DNA from: an uncultured Pseudomonadota bacterium
GTDB lineage: Bacteria > JAMCPX01
Direction: 5' to 3'
NCBI GenBank assembly: GCA_964547905.1
Contig: CAZJPN010000040.1
Location: 4,067-68,066, forward strand
Length of the DNA stretch: 64,000 bases
Position 1 is the stretch's first letter; every line of letters starts with the position of its first letter. The notes under the pieces are model-generated. The model worked only from the letters and a program-made list of their open reading frames with translations. It did no database searches and was not told the origin of the DNA. The position numbers were made by a program, and so were the translations under genes. Positions 8,889 to 18,693 of the stretch are shown here, in pieces.

Positions 8889-10337
8889 ATGACTGATTCT
8901 TATGACGCGGTAATTATAGGTTCCGGTTTCGGGGGTGCTATACCAGCACTCAGACTTGCTCAGGCGGGAAAAAGTGTTCTTGTGCTTGAACAGGGCAGGG
9001 TATTTACGGAGCAGGATTTCAAACAATCCTGGGATCTTAAATATCTATCCAATCTTCTCAGCATAACCACATCCGACGATTATGCTACATTTTTCAGATC
9101 GGGCATGGTTCTTGGTGGCGGTTCTGTCGTGTTCTCAGGGCTTATGAACAGGTCACCTTCGGAAACATTTCAGTTTGTCGATTACAACGGCTATAAAGTT
9201 TGGCCTGATGCCGTAAACAGACAGGTGCTTGATCCTTATTATGATATGGTTGAAGGCATGATGCAGGTAAGACAGGCAACATGGAACGAGGTTTCTAAAA
9301 CAGGCGGTATGTTCGCAAAGCTATTGGACAATGTTGGTTTGACCTGTGATAGAGCGCGTTTCCCTTATGTCAACTGCAGGCAGTGTGGTTATTGCGAGGC
9401 AGGTTGTATCTACGGGGCAAAGCAATCGCTCATGCACAACTACATACCTCAAGCGCAGGCAGCAGGTGCGGAGTTCAGAACAGGATGCAGGGCAATGTTG
9501 ATTCAACCTGCAGGTCCAACCTACACGAGCGGCTACACAGTTTCCTACATCGGACCTGATGATACCATATCATCAGCACAGGGCACTGTTGTAATACTTG
9601 CAGCAGGAGCTATATATTCGCCCGAATTGCTTCTTCGATCAAAACAGTACCTTCCGAATTTATCCAATCAGGTTGGAAAGAATTTTAATAACAACGGCGG
9701 CATAAGGTTCGGTATTGAGCTGCCTGACGGACTACCATCCATAGAATGCTATAAGGGCATGGATAGTGCCGGGGTTATGACCTACGCATACTGGCAGGAT
9801 TACGGTATTACAATTGAGGCAGGCACGTCGCCGGCATCTATATTTACACTAAACATACACAGATCCGGTGCTTATGGCTGGGGACTTGAATTCAAACATT
9901 GGGCAAAATCGGTATACCCATCAAAGCTGATTATAGCGAACATCATGGGACCTGTTACAGGCGAAGGCTATGTATACCTGAACAATAATAACCTGCCCGC
10001 CGTACACTTTCCCTTAACACAGAACCTGTCAAATTATATAAACAATAAGATAGCCCCGATACAGGCACTTACAAAGGCAAACAATGCAATCCTGCTTCAG
10101 ACAATGCCCTCCGGTTATATGTATTCTATAGATCACATGCTTGGCACATGCAGGATGGGCGATGATCCGGTTTATTCCGTAGCAGATGCCAATGGGCAGA
10201 TATGGAACTACACCGGTTTATTTGTTTCTGATTCAAGTTCAATACCATGCGGTACCGGCGTTAACCCGTCAACAACTATAGCAGCCAACGCAGAGAGAAT
10301 AGCGAACTATATTGTAACCAACTGGAATAACTTGTAA
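8889..10337 (+). CDS. GMC-family FAD oxidoreductase, cholesterol-oxidase-like
   Basis: 482 aa. N-terminal FAD fold YDAVIIGSGFGGAIPALRLAQAG. The C-terminus (HMLGTCRMG...LFVSDSSSIPCGTGVNPSTTIAANAERIA) resembles the cholesterol oxidase / 3beta-hydroxysteroid oxidase branch of GMC enzymes. Confidence 0.72.
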   Translation: MTDSYDAVIIGSGFGGAIPALRLAQAGKSVLVLEQGRVFTEQDFKQSWDLKYLSNLLSITTSDDYATFFRSGMVLGGGSVVFSGLMNRSPSETFQFVDYNGYKVWPDAVNRQVLDPYYDMVEGMMQVRQATWNEVSKTGGMFAKLLDNVGLTCDRARFPYVNCRQCGYCEAGCIYGAKQSLMHNYIPQAQAAGAEFRTGCRAMLIQPAGPTYTSGYTVSYIGPDDTISSAQGTVVILAAGAIYSPELLLRSKQYLPNLSNQVGKNFNNNGGIRFGIELPDGLPSIECYKGMDSAGVMTYAYWQDYGITIEAGTSPASIFTLNIHRSGAYGWGLEFKHWAKSVYPSKLIIANIMGPVTGEGYVYLNNNNLPAVHFPLTQNLSNYINNKIAPIQALTKANNAILLQTMPSGYMYSIDHMLGTCRMGDDPVYSVADANGQIWNYTGLFVSDSSSIPCGTGVNPSTTIAANAERIANYIVTNWNNL

Positions 10338-10408
10338 CATTTTTTATACCATTATGTCATTCTCTCCCGACTGCATGGAGTGGATGGGTTTGGCCGGCAG
10401 TGCTTGCT

Positions 10409-11530
10409 TCACTCGAAAGTCACGAACCCCTGTGCTTTTTCAAGCAGTTTGCCTTTTACGCCAAGGTCTTCGAGGCTTTTTATCCTTCCGGTTTTGCGTG
10501 TTTTGAGGATTGTTTTGACGGTTGTTGGTCCTAAGCCCGGAACCCTCAATAACGCTTCTTTATCCGCTTTATTGATAATGACGGGATAGAATTCAGGATG
10601 CCTTTGAGCCCATTCTTCTTTCGGATCCCGATCCAGTTTCAAATTGCCGTAACCGTCCAGAAAAATGTCGTTGCTTTTAAATCCGTATTTGCGGATAAGG
10701 AAATCCACTTGATAGAGACGGTGCTCGCGTATCAGCACATCATCCGGATTCATCATGAACGTCTTCTCTCCGGGTATGTCCCTGGCACCAAGGCCTTTTT
10801 GATAAGCAGAAAAGTAAACCCTGTGGAAGTTCAGCCTGTCGTACAAGCCGAACATGTAATCTATAATTTCAGAGTCCTTTTCATCGGATGCGCCGACTAC
10901 GAACTGCGTTATGCACTTGACTCTTGCGAATCGGCTTTCTTTAGAGGTTAGCTTGCTCATGAGCTTTATAGGACGGATGATATCATTCATATAATGCTTT
11001 TTTCCGGAAAGCAGTTCAAGGTGCCTGCTGCCTGTGGTCTCGATGTTCAATGATACCGCACTCGCAAGAGAGATGGAGTCCTCGACAGCGTTATCGGAAG
11101 CTCCCGGGATAATTTTGAGATGTATATATCCTTTATAGTGATATTTGTACCTGAGGATACGGGCCACGGCATTGATCCTGTCCATGGTATAATCAGGGGT
11201 GTTGATAACACCCGAACTCAGGAATAAACCGAATACCTGTCTTTGCCTTATATATTCCATGAACATGTTTGCGGTTTCTTCCGGGCTGAGGGTGCAGCGT
11301 CTGATATTGGTATCGGATCTTAAAGGACAATATTTACAGTCATTGGAACAGGCATTGGAGAGCAGTGTCTTTAAGAGTATAGAGTATCCGCCGTTGGGGA
11401 GTGTTACCGGGTAGAGCCATTTTCCCCCACCGTGTCTTTCCCTGTGCTCGTCCTTGGTTGTCCCACAGGCACAAGCAAGATCATACTGTGCATCCTCCGA
11501 AAGAAGCTTTAGTTTTTCTATGGTATCCAT
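10409..11530 (-). CDS. radical SAM protein, putative DNA modification/repair family, with C-terminal helix-hairpin-helix
   Basis: Start moved to the internal ATG (MDTIEKLKLL...). The first ~53 codons of the long ORF are AT-rich read-through. Radical-SAM motif CSNDCKYC (CxxxCxxC). C-terminal LRVPGLGPTTVKTIL is HhH-like. Confidence 0.7.
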   Translation of the reverse strand: MDTIEKLKLLSEDAQYDLACACGTTKDEHRERHGGGKWLYPVTLPNGGYSILLKTLLSNACSNDCKYCPLRSDTNIRRCTLSPEETANMFMEYIRQRQVFGLFLSSGVINTPDYTMDRINAVARILRYKYHYKGYIHLKIIPGASDNAVEDSISLASAVSLNIETTGSRHLELLSGKKHYMNDIIRPIKLMSKLTSKESRFARVKCITQFVVGASDEKDSEIIDYMFGLYDRLNFHRVYFSAYQKGLGARDIPGEKTFMMNPDDVLIREHRLYQVDFLIRKYGFKSNDIFLDGYGNLKLDRDPKEEWAQRHPEFYPVIINKADKEALLRVPGLGPTTVKTILKTRKTGRIKSLEDLGVKGKLLEKAQGFVTFE

Positions 11531-11637
11531 AAAGTTTATCCTTATTTTATATCTTTGTGGGCAAAAATAGCAAGTTATTGCAATGGCAAGAAGTTTAGAT
11601 GTAAAAATTTTTATTAAATGAAAAATTTCTTTTTTTC

Positions 11638-11667
11638 TTGACAAGGAGTGCAGAACATAATTTATAT
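11638..11667 (+). promoter_or_regulatory. candidate sigma-70 promoter of the nuo operon
   Basis: TTGACA, a 17-nt spacer, then TTTATA/TATATT, about 20 nt upstream of the nuoA RBS (GAGG) and ATG. Pattern match only; coordinates approximate. Confidence 0.35.
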
Positions 11668-11683
11668 ATTGAGGTTTAATTGT

Positions 11684-12043
11684 ATGCAAAATTATAGTTT
11701 TATAAACATAGCAATATATGCGGTCATTATAATAGGCTTTGCGGTCATTACCATAGTACTCTCGGCACTTGTCGGTCCGAAGGCAAAGTCAAAAGAAAAG
11801 CTCTCGCCGTACGAATGCGGCGTTGAGCCTGTCGGCAATGCACGGTTCAGTTTTCCGGTGAAATATTATGTCATAGCCCTTATGTTCCTGATCTTCGATG
11901 TCGAGGTTGTATTCATGTATCCATGGGCGATTATCGTCAGGGCACTTGGTGCTTTCGGCATGTACGAGATGAGCGTTTTTATATTTATCGTACTCATCGG
12001 GTTTGTTTATGCGTGGAAGAAAGGTGCGTTCGAATGGGAATAG
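11684..12043 (+). CDS. nuoA: NADH-quinone oxidoreductase subunit A
   Basis: Start moved to the internal ATG ([14 protein letters not shown]...). 119 aa. Matches NuoA/ND3 (three TM helices, ...EVVFMYPWA...). Confidence 0.85.
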   Translation: MQNYSFINIAIYAVIIIGFAVITIVLSALVGPKAKSKEKLSPYECGVEPVGNARFSFPVKYYVIALMFLIFDVEVVFMYPWAIIVRALGAFGMYEMSVFIFIVLIGFVYAWKKGAFEWE

Positions 12044-12531
12044 AAGAAAAACTCGGCGACAGTGTATTTACCACCAAACTTGATCAACTCGTCAACTGGT
12101 CAAGGAAGAACTCTCTGTGGCCCATGCCCTTTGGAACAGCCTGCTGTGCGATAGAATTTATGGCGACCGTGGGAACCAGATTTGATCTCGCGCGGTTCGG
12201 CGCGGAAGCAATGAGATTTTCTCCGAGGCAATCCGATCTGCTTCTCGTTGCAGGGACAATATCAAACAAGATGGCCCCCGTTTTAAAGAAGATCTACGAC
12301 CAGATGGCAGAACCGAAATGGGTGATATCCATGGGTTCCTGCGCAACCTCCGGAGGCATATTCGATTCATATCCGACATTACAGGGGATTGACACCATTA
12401 TACCTGTCGATGTCTATGTTACCGGCTGTCCGCCGAGGCCGGAGGCGTTGATAGATGCGATAATGCAGCTGCAGGAAATTATCAAGCAGGAATCCGTACG
12501 AAGACCGAGAAAGGCGATGTCCTTAAAATAA
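12034..12531 (+). CDS. nuoB: NADH-quinone oxidoreductase subunit B
   Basis: MGIEEKL...[18 protein letters not shown]...GSCATSGG...GCPPRPE, the classic NuoB with its Fe-S cysteines. The start overlaps the nuoA stop. Confidence 0.9.
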   Translation: MGIEEKLGDSVFTTKLDQLVNWSRKNSLWPMPFGTACCAIEFMATVGTRFDLARFGAEAMRFSPRQSDLLLVAGTISNKMAPVLKKIYDQMAEPKWVISMGSCATSGGIFDSYPTLQGIDTIIPVDVYVTGCPPRPEALIDAIMQLQEIIKQESVRRPRKAMSLK

Positions 12532-12532
12532 T

Positions 12533-13036
12533 ATGTCGGAATTGATTGAAAACATAAAGAATAGATTTGGCGGGAAGATTATCTCTGTCCAGGAGGAGTT
12601 CAGGCCGAGATCGATAAAGGTTGCGGCCGGAGATCTGCTTGAGGTAATGACGGTGCTGAAGAACGAGGAACCGTTCCGGTTCAACCAGATACTTGATATC
12701 GCGGGTGTGGATTTTCTGAATCAGAAACCGAGATTTCTTGTTGCGTATATACTGCTCTCGACCATAACGAACAAGAGGTTGATCGTCGAGACGGATGTCG
12801 ATGAGTTTGAATCGGTGCCAAGCCTTACCGGTGTATGGTGCGGTGCTGACTGGTTCGAGAGAGAGCTGTACGATATGTTCGGTATAAAGATAAAAGGTCA
12901 CCCTGATTTAAAGAGGATCTTAATGTCAGAAGACTTTGAGGGTCACCCCCTGAGGAAGGATTTCCCGGTGAGGGGAACCGTTCCTCCGGAACAGCGTTAT
13001 GCTCCGTGGGATAAAAGAAGGACAAGGGAATACTGA
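12533..13036 (+). CDS. nuoC: NADH-quinone oxidoreductase subunit C
   Basis: 167 aa of NuoC (30-kDa subunit) family sequence, separate from nuoD. Confidence 0.9.
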   Translation: MSELIENIKNRFGGKIISVQEEFRPRSIKVAAGDLLEVMTVLKNEEPFRFNQILDIAGVDFLNQKPRFLVAYILLSTITNKRLIVETDVDEFESVPSLTGVWCGADWFERELYDMFGIKIKGHPDLKRILMSEDFEGHPLRKDFPVRGTVPPEQRYAPWDKRRTREY

Positions 13037-14223
13037 TGTTTACTTTTGAGAAGAAAAAGAAAGACACCATGATCCTGAATATGGGGCCGTCCCATAATGC
13101 GACCCATGGTACCTTGCGTATCGTACTCGAACTTGATGGTGAAAGGATTGTCAATTCAAATCTGGAGATAGGGTATCTGCACAGGGGCATTGAAAAGATG
13201 GCAGAGCAGCGGACGTATAACGGTTTTATACCTCTTACAGACAGGATGAACTACGTATCTCCGATAATGAACAACATTTCGTATGCACTGGCAGTTGAAA
13301 AACTGCTGGGCATAGAAGTACCGAAGCGGGGTCAGTATCTCAGGGTCATCATGAATGAGTTCACGAGGATAGCCGATCACCTTATAGCAATAGGAACAAA
13401 TGTTGTTGATATGGGTGCACTTACAAACTATTTCTACTTCTTCAAAGAAAGGGAAAGGATCTACGACCTTATCGAGAAGGTGGTTGGTGCACGGTTGACC
13501 ACAACCTTTACAAGGGTTGGAGGTATTGTAAGAGACGTGCCCGATGACTTTGGATCCGATGTAAAATTTCTGTTGAAGGAAATACCCAAATCAATAAATG
13601 ATGTTGATAAACTTTTAACGAAAAACCGCATATTCATGGACAGGACCATAGATGTTGGTACATTAACACAGGACAGGGCACTTGAGTATGGATTTACAGG
13701 TCCTGTGCTGCGCGCGACAGGGCTTTCATGGGACTTGAGAAAGAAACAGCCCTATTCAAGCTATGAAGATTTTCAGTTTGATGTGCCAATAGGTGAAAAT
13801 GGCGATACATACGACAGGTATCTTGTAAGAATGGAAGAAATGAGACAGAGCCTGAGGATTATACAGCAGGCAATTGATAATCTTCCGGGAGGGCCTGTAA
13901 GCGTTGAAGACCCCCATATCACGCTTCCTACCAAAGAAGAAGTTTATAATACCATGGAAGGCTTAATCCATCACTTTATGCTTATCATGTACGGCATCAA
14001 GGCAAAGCCCGGGTATGTGTATTTTGGAACGGAGGTTGCAAATGGAGAACTTGGTTTCTACATCGTCAGCGATGGTGAACAGTACCCATACAGGTTAAAG
14101 GTAAGACCTCCATGTTTTGCCATATTCCAGGCATTTCCGGAAATGGTGAAGGGACATCTTATATCGGATGCAGTGGCAATACTCGGTAGCCTTAACATTG
14201 TAGCAGGGGAGCTCGACAGATGA
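13036..14223 (+). CDS. nuoD: NADH-quinone oxidoreductase subunit D
   Basis: 395 aa of NuoD (49-kDa subunit) family sequence (LNMGPSHNATHGTLRIVLELDGE...). ATGA overlap with nuoC. Confidence 0.9.
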   Translation: MFTFEKKKKDTMILNMGPSHNATHGTLRIVLELDGERIVNSNLEIGYLHRGIEKMAEQRTYNGFIPLTDRMNYVSPIMNNISYALAVEKLLGIEVPKRGQYLRVIMNEFTRIADHLIAIGTNVVDMGALTNYFYFFKERERIYDLIEKVVGARLTTTFTRVGGIVRDVPDDFGSDVKFLLKEIPKSINDVDKLLTKNRIFMDRTIDVGTLTQDRALEYGFTGPVLRATGLSWDLRKKQPYSSYEDFQFDVPIGENGDTYDRYLVRMEEMRQSLRIIQQAIDNLPGGPVSVEDPHITLPTKEEVYNTMEGLIHHFMLIMYGIKAKPGYVYFGTEVANGELGFYIVSDGEQYPYRLKVRPPCFAIFQAFPEMVKGHLISDAVAILGSLNIVAGELDR

Positions 14224-14696
14224 TTCAGTTTTCACAGTCGGCAAAAGATAAGGTTGAAGAATTGAAAAGGGCGTATCCTACAAAGGATGCATGTCTGCTT
14301 CCCGTATTGCATATTGCCCAGAAAGAATTCGGGTATATCTCTCCCGAGGTAATGGAGTATGTTGCCGGTGTGGTCGGAGTATCACCTGCAAGGGTATACG
14401 GTGTCGCTACATTCTACACCATGTACAATAAAAAGCCCGTGGGTAAGTATCATGTCCAGGTATGTACCAACATATCCTGTCACCTTGAAGGCTCTGCAAA
14501 GATCGTTGATACCCTCAGATCTGTTTTAGGTATAGAAGAAGGACAAACGACAAAAGATAATATGTTTACCCTCTCTACCGTTGAATGTCTCGGGGCATGT
14601 GGGTTTGGCCCTGTAGTTCAGATAAACGATGAGTATTACGAACAGTGCACGGAAGAAAAAGTGAAAGAAATTATAGGGGATCTCAGGAAGAAGTAA
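14220..14696 (+). CDS. nuoE: NADH-quinone oxidoreductase subunit E
   Basis: 158 aa with the thioredoxin-like 2Fe-2S motif (CTNISCHLEG...CLGACGFGP). Confidence 0.9.
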   Translation: MIQFSQSAKDKVEELKRAYPTKDACLLPVLHIAQKEFGYISPEVMEYVAGVVGVSPARVYGVATFYTMYNKKPVGKYHVQVCTNISCHLEGSAKIVDTLRSVLGIEEGQTTKDNMFTLSTVECLGACGFGPVVQINDEYYEQCTEEKVKEIIGDLRKK

Positions 14697-15967
14697 TGGA
14701 ACAGATACTTTTAAAAAATGTAGAGGGTACAAAGCTTACCACTATCGACAACTACCTTGCCGTTGGAGGCTATGAGGCTGCAAAGAAGGCCATTACTTCG
14801 ATGACCCCTGCACAGATCATCGATGAGGTTAAAAAGTCGGGTTTGCGCGGCAGAGGCGGTGCAGGATTCCCTGCGGGTATGAAATGGGACTTTGTTCCAA
14901 AGGATTTCAAAGGTCCGCGATACCTTTGCTGCAATGCGGATGAAGGCGAGCCAGGCACGTTCAAAGACAGGGAGCTCCTCGAGAAAAATCCACACTTGCT
15001 TATCGAAGGTATGATCATAGCGAGTTATGCAATAGGTGCGGAGCTTTCGTTTATCTACGTACGTGGCGAGTTTGTTAAGGCAGCAAATACCCTTGAAGCA
15101 GCCATTGCTCAGGCACGGAAACAGGGCTTTCTTGGGGAAAGAATCTTTGGTACGGATAAAAAGATCGATATCATAGTTCACCGCGGTGCAGGTGCATATA
15201 TATGCGGTGAAGAAACAGCACTTATAGAATCTATAGAAGGAGAGCGAGGTAATCCAAGGGTAAGGCCGCCGTTCCCTGCTGTTGTCGGCGTATTCAACAA
15301 GCCGACCGTTGTCAACAACGTCGAAACGCTTGCAGCGGTGCCGTCCATTATAAAGAACAGCGGACAGTGGTATGCTGCGATCGGAGTGCCTCCGAGGAAT
15401 ACAGGTTCAAAGCTGTATGCCGTAAGCGGGCATGTGAACAAGCCCGGGGTCTATGAACTGCCCATGGGAACAACCTTAAAAGACCTTATCTATACTTATG
15501 CCGGTGGTATAAAGGGCAACAAGAAATTAAAGGGAGTTATACCGGGCGGCTCTTCCACGCCGGTACTCCTGCCCGAAGAGATCGGCGTGAGCATGGACTT
15601 CGACTCGCTTGCAAAGGCAGGCTCAATGCTCGGTTCTGCTGCGGTGATTGTTATGGACGAGGATGTATGTACGGTTGAGGAGTCCCTGAGGCTTTCGGAA
15701 TTTTATGCACATGAATCATGCGGACAGTGTACGCCATGCAGGGAAGGCACTGTCTGGATGACAAAGATACTTGATAGGATTGAACAGGGTAAAGGGGTAC
15801 AGGGTGATGTTGAATTGTTGGAAAGGGTATCGGCCAACATCATGGGGAATACGCTGTGTCCCCTCGGTGATGCAGCGGCAATGATGATGCTCGGCTTCTT
15901 AAAGAAGTTTAAAGATGAATTTACTCTGCATATAAAATCGGGCAGATGTCCGATCCAAAAAAAATGA
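14696..15967 (+). CDS. nuoF: NADH-quinone oxidoreductase subunit F
   Basis: Start moved to the ATG overlapping the nuoE stop (MEQILLKNV...). FMN/NADH-binding GRGGAGFP and the 4Fe-4S motif ESCGQCTPCREG. Confidence 0.9.
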   Translation: MEQILLKNVEGTKLTTIDNYLAVGGYEAAKKAITSMTPAQIIDEVKKSGLRGRGGAGFPAGMKWDFVPKDFKGPRYLCCNADEGEPGTFKDRELLEKNPHLLIEGMIIASYAIGAELSFIYVRGEFVKAANTLEAAIAQARKQGFLGERIFGTDKKIDIIVHRGAGAYICGEETALIESIEGERGNPRVRPPFPAVVGVFNKPTVVNNVETLAAVPSIIKNSGQWYAAIGVPPRNTGSKLYAVSGHVNKPGVYELPMGTTLKDLIYTYAGGIKGNKKLKGVIPGGSSTPVLLPEEIGVSMDFDSLAKAGSMLGSAAVIVMDEDVCTVEESLRLSEFYAHESCGQCTPCREGTVWMTKILDRIEQGKGVQGDVELLERVSANIMGNTLCPLGDAAAMMMLGFLKKFKDEFTLHIKSGRCPIQKK

Positions 15968-15983
15968 AAACAGGAAACGTGAA

Positions 15984-17618
15984 ATGCCTACATTTGAAAT
16001 AGACGGTAAAAAGATAACAGTCGAGCAGGGAAGAACGGTGCTTGAAGCAGCTCGCGACAACGGTATCGAGATACCGTATTTCTGCTTTCACGAGTCTTTC
16101 AAGAGCGGGGGGTTGTGCAGGATGTGTCTTGTTGAGATAGAGAAAATGCCAAAACTCCAGACGTCGTGTACAACCGTTGTGACGGAAGGCATGGTTGTAA
16201 AAACAACGACAGACAGGGTCAAACAGGCACGGAGTGCTATACTTGAGTTTATTCTTACCAATCATCCGCTTGACTGCCCTGACTGCGATCAGGCGGGCGA
16301 GTGCGTTTTACAGGAATACTCCCATAAATACGGACCGGACAGGAGTGCTTTCAGGGAACCAAAGGAACTCAGAGAGCATATACAGTTGAGCGAGCACATA
16401 GCCTATGATCCCGAGAGATGCATCATGTGCGAGCGGTGCGTACGGTATTACAGGGATGTTGTGGGCAGCGAGGAGCTCGCTGTCATGCAAAGAGGCTCTC
16501 ATTCCGAGATAGCGACGTTTCCCGGCAGGCAATTGGACTATGGTTATATCGGGAATATTGCCGATATATGTCCCGTCGGTGCGCTTACAACGAAGAATTT
16601 CAGGTTTAAAGAAAGGGTGTATAATCTCAGGGCAACAGAAACCATTTGTCCATTGTGTGAAGCGGGATGTACCATCTATGTCGATGCGAAGAAGTATACC
16701 GTTTACAGGGTAAGATCACGGAACAAGAACCTTACAAGTCTGCATGAACACCCCAACAGGAATGTCACGGCACTGTATCCGAAGGTTTTTGTCGACGCCA
16801 TATCGAGAAGCTCGTTTATCTGTGATGACGGGAGGTTTGGTTATAAAAAAGCAATAGAGAACGGGACTATTCCCGGGCCCATCAACAGGTACGAACCGGA
16901 AAACAGGACATGGAGTAACGTGATATCATTGGTTGCCCAGAAGGTAAAACAGGCGGGTACAAAGGTGGGCGGTATCGTGTCACCGTTTGCAACCAACGAG
17001 GAGGTTTACGCATTTTTATATCTAATAAAGGATATCTGCGGTACGAATGCCATAGGTGTCATAAACTTTCCGGATGCAAAAGAGTATAACGAATCATCGA
17101 AATTACAGCTACGCAAAGGTTCACAGTCGCCGAACCTGAAAGGTATTGAGCAGATTGCAGGGGCACTGGGTATAAAGATTACTTCTGTTGATGAGGTTAT
17201 AGCCTCAAAACCGGAACTCCTGTATGTGCTCGGACCGACATTGAACCGGATGGATGCGTATACGGAAAAAATCAGCGGCATAAAATTTATTGTCCTGCAG
17301 GATTTTAAGGCTTCCGCATTTGCAGATAATGCGCACATAGTTCTGCCCGGATTTAACTTCGCGCAGAAAGATGGAACATACACAAACAAGGACGGAAAAG
17401 TACAAAGGATAAGGAAAGCCGTTGATGCAAAGGGAGATGCAAGGAATGATCTTGATATACTTACGGATATTATATACAACATATCGGGCAAAAAACTCGG
17501 TAGTTTTGATCGCGTACTGGGCATCATTGTAAAAGAGATACCATTTTTTAACGGTGCTGACGCCGTGATACTCACGACCGGAATTAATTTCAGAAAGGCA
17601 GCGGGAAGGTTATGGTAG
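15984..17618 (+). CDS. nuoG: NADH-quinone oxidoreductase subunit G (short form)
   Basis: 544 aa with an N-terminal 2Fe-2S ferredoxin fold and 4Fe-4S motifs (CRMC...CDQAGEC...CIMCERC). Shorter than enterobacterial NuoG. Confidence 0.88.
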   Translation: MPTFEIDGKKITVEQGRTVLEAARDNGIEIPYFCFHESFKSGGLCRMCLVEIEKMPKLQTSCTTVVTEGMVVKTTTDRVKQARSAILEFILTNHPLDCPDCDQAGECVLQEYSHKYGPDRSAFREPKELREHIQLSEHIAYDPERCIMCERCVRYYRDVVGSEELAVMQRGSHSEIATFPGRQLDYGYIGNIADICPVGALTTKNFRFKERVYNLRATETICPLCEAGCTIYVDAKKYTVYRVRSRNKNLTSLHEHPNRNVTALYPKVFVDAISRSSFICDDGRFGYKKAIENGTIPGPINRYEPENRTWSNVISLVAQKVKQAGTKVGGIVSPFATNEEVYAFLYLIKDICGTNAIGVINFPDAKEYNESSKLQLRKGSQSPNLKGIEQIAGALGIKITSVDEVIASKPELLYVLGPTLNRMDAYTEKISGIKFIVLQDFKASAFADNAHIVLPGFNFAQKDGTYTNKDGKVQRIRKAVDAKGDARNDLDILTDIIYNISGKKLGSFDRVLGIIVKEIPFFNGADAVILTTGINFRKAAGRLW

Positions 17619-18691
17619 ATTATATAACAATTGCAATCTATACGCTCATGAGCATTGTTGTGTTTGTACTTATACTTACAACAGTGGCATTCCTTACACT
17701 TGCAGAAAGGCGAGTAAGTGCATTTATGCAGGACAGGTTTGGTCCGAATAGAGTGGGCCCGTGGGGGCTTTTCCAGCCAGTTGCAGACGGTTTGAAATTC
17801 ATTATGAAAGAAGATGTGACCCCTCTCGAGGCAAACAAGGTCCTTTATACCGTCGCACCGCTTTTAGCGATAATACCCGCAATGCTTACATTTGCCGTCG
17901 TTCCCTTTGGCCACGACCTTTTTTTGCACGGAAGGGTTATAAACCTTCAGATAGCGAATTTGAATGTCGGTATACTGTACGTTTTTGCAATAGCATCGAT
18001 GGGTATTTTCGGCATCATAATGGGCGGCTGGGCATCAAACAACAAATATTCCCTGTTGGGCGGATTACGATCCGCATCCCAATTTATAAGCTATGAAATT
18101 TCAATGGGGCTTGCTGTCATTGGTATTTTGATGGTTTATGGCTCTTTAAAACTGAATGATATTGCTCTGTATCAGGGAAGTCTATGGTTCAATGCTATAC
18201 CGAAATGGGGCGTAATTGTTCAACCGCTTGGATTTATCATCTTTCTCGTGAGTGTGTTTGCGGAAACAAACAGGGTTCCCTTTGACCTGCCCGAGGCGGA
18301 ATCAGAGCTCGTGGGAGGCTATCATACGGAATACTCGAGTATGAAGTTCGCGTTCTTCTTCATGGGCGAGTATGCCAATATGATTACAGCATCGGCACTG
18401 ATAGCGACGCTTTATTTTGGCGGCTGGCAGGTACCGTATCTTCACAACATAGGGTTTATTATCCCCAAACTCGGTGTATTGCACATGCAGCAATGGCTTG
18501 TGGCGATCATAGAGGTGCTCTCGTTTGTTGTAAAAGTCGGATTTTTCCTGTTCTTTTTCCTCTGGGTCAGGTGGACACTGCCAAGGTTCAGGTTTGATCA
18601 GCTTACGGCACTTGGCTGGAAAGTACTTATACCCCTTGGTATTCTCAACATTGTCATAACAGGTGCACTTATCATGCTCAGGATTATATAA
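17612..18691 (+). CDS. nuoH: NADH-quinone oxidoreductase subunit H
   Basis: 359 aa of NuoH/ND1 family sequence (LAERRVSAFMQDRFGPNRVGPWGLFQPVADGLKF). Confidence 0.9.
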   Translation: MVDYITIAIYTLMSIVVFVLILTTVAFLTLAERRVSAFMQDRFGPNRVGPWGLFQPVADGLKFIMKEDVTPLEANKVLYTVAPLLAIIPAMLTFAVVPFGHDLFLHGRVINLQIANLNVGILYVFAIASMGIFGIIMGGWASNNKYSLLGGLRSASQFISYEISMGLAVIGILMVYGSLKLNDIALYQGSLWFNAIPKWGVIVQPLGFIIFLVSVFAETNRVPFDLPEAESELVGGYHTEYSSMKFAFFFMGEYANMITASALIATLYFGGWQVPYLHNIGFIIPKLGVLHMQQWLVAIIEVLSFVVKVGFFLFFFLWVRWTLPRFRFDQLTALGWKVLIPLGILNIVITGALIMLRII

Positions 18692-18693
18692 TT

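Noticed and set aside
12482-12901. Numerous antisense ORFs inside the nuo operon (for example 12482..12901, 17006..17575, 20579..20845)
   Set aside because: They lie entirely inside strongly supported nuo genes on the opposite strand and have no motifs.
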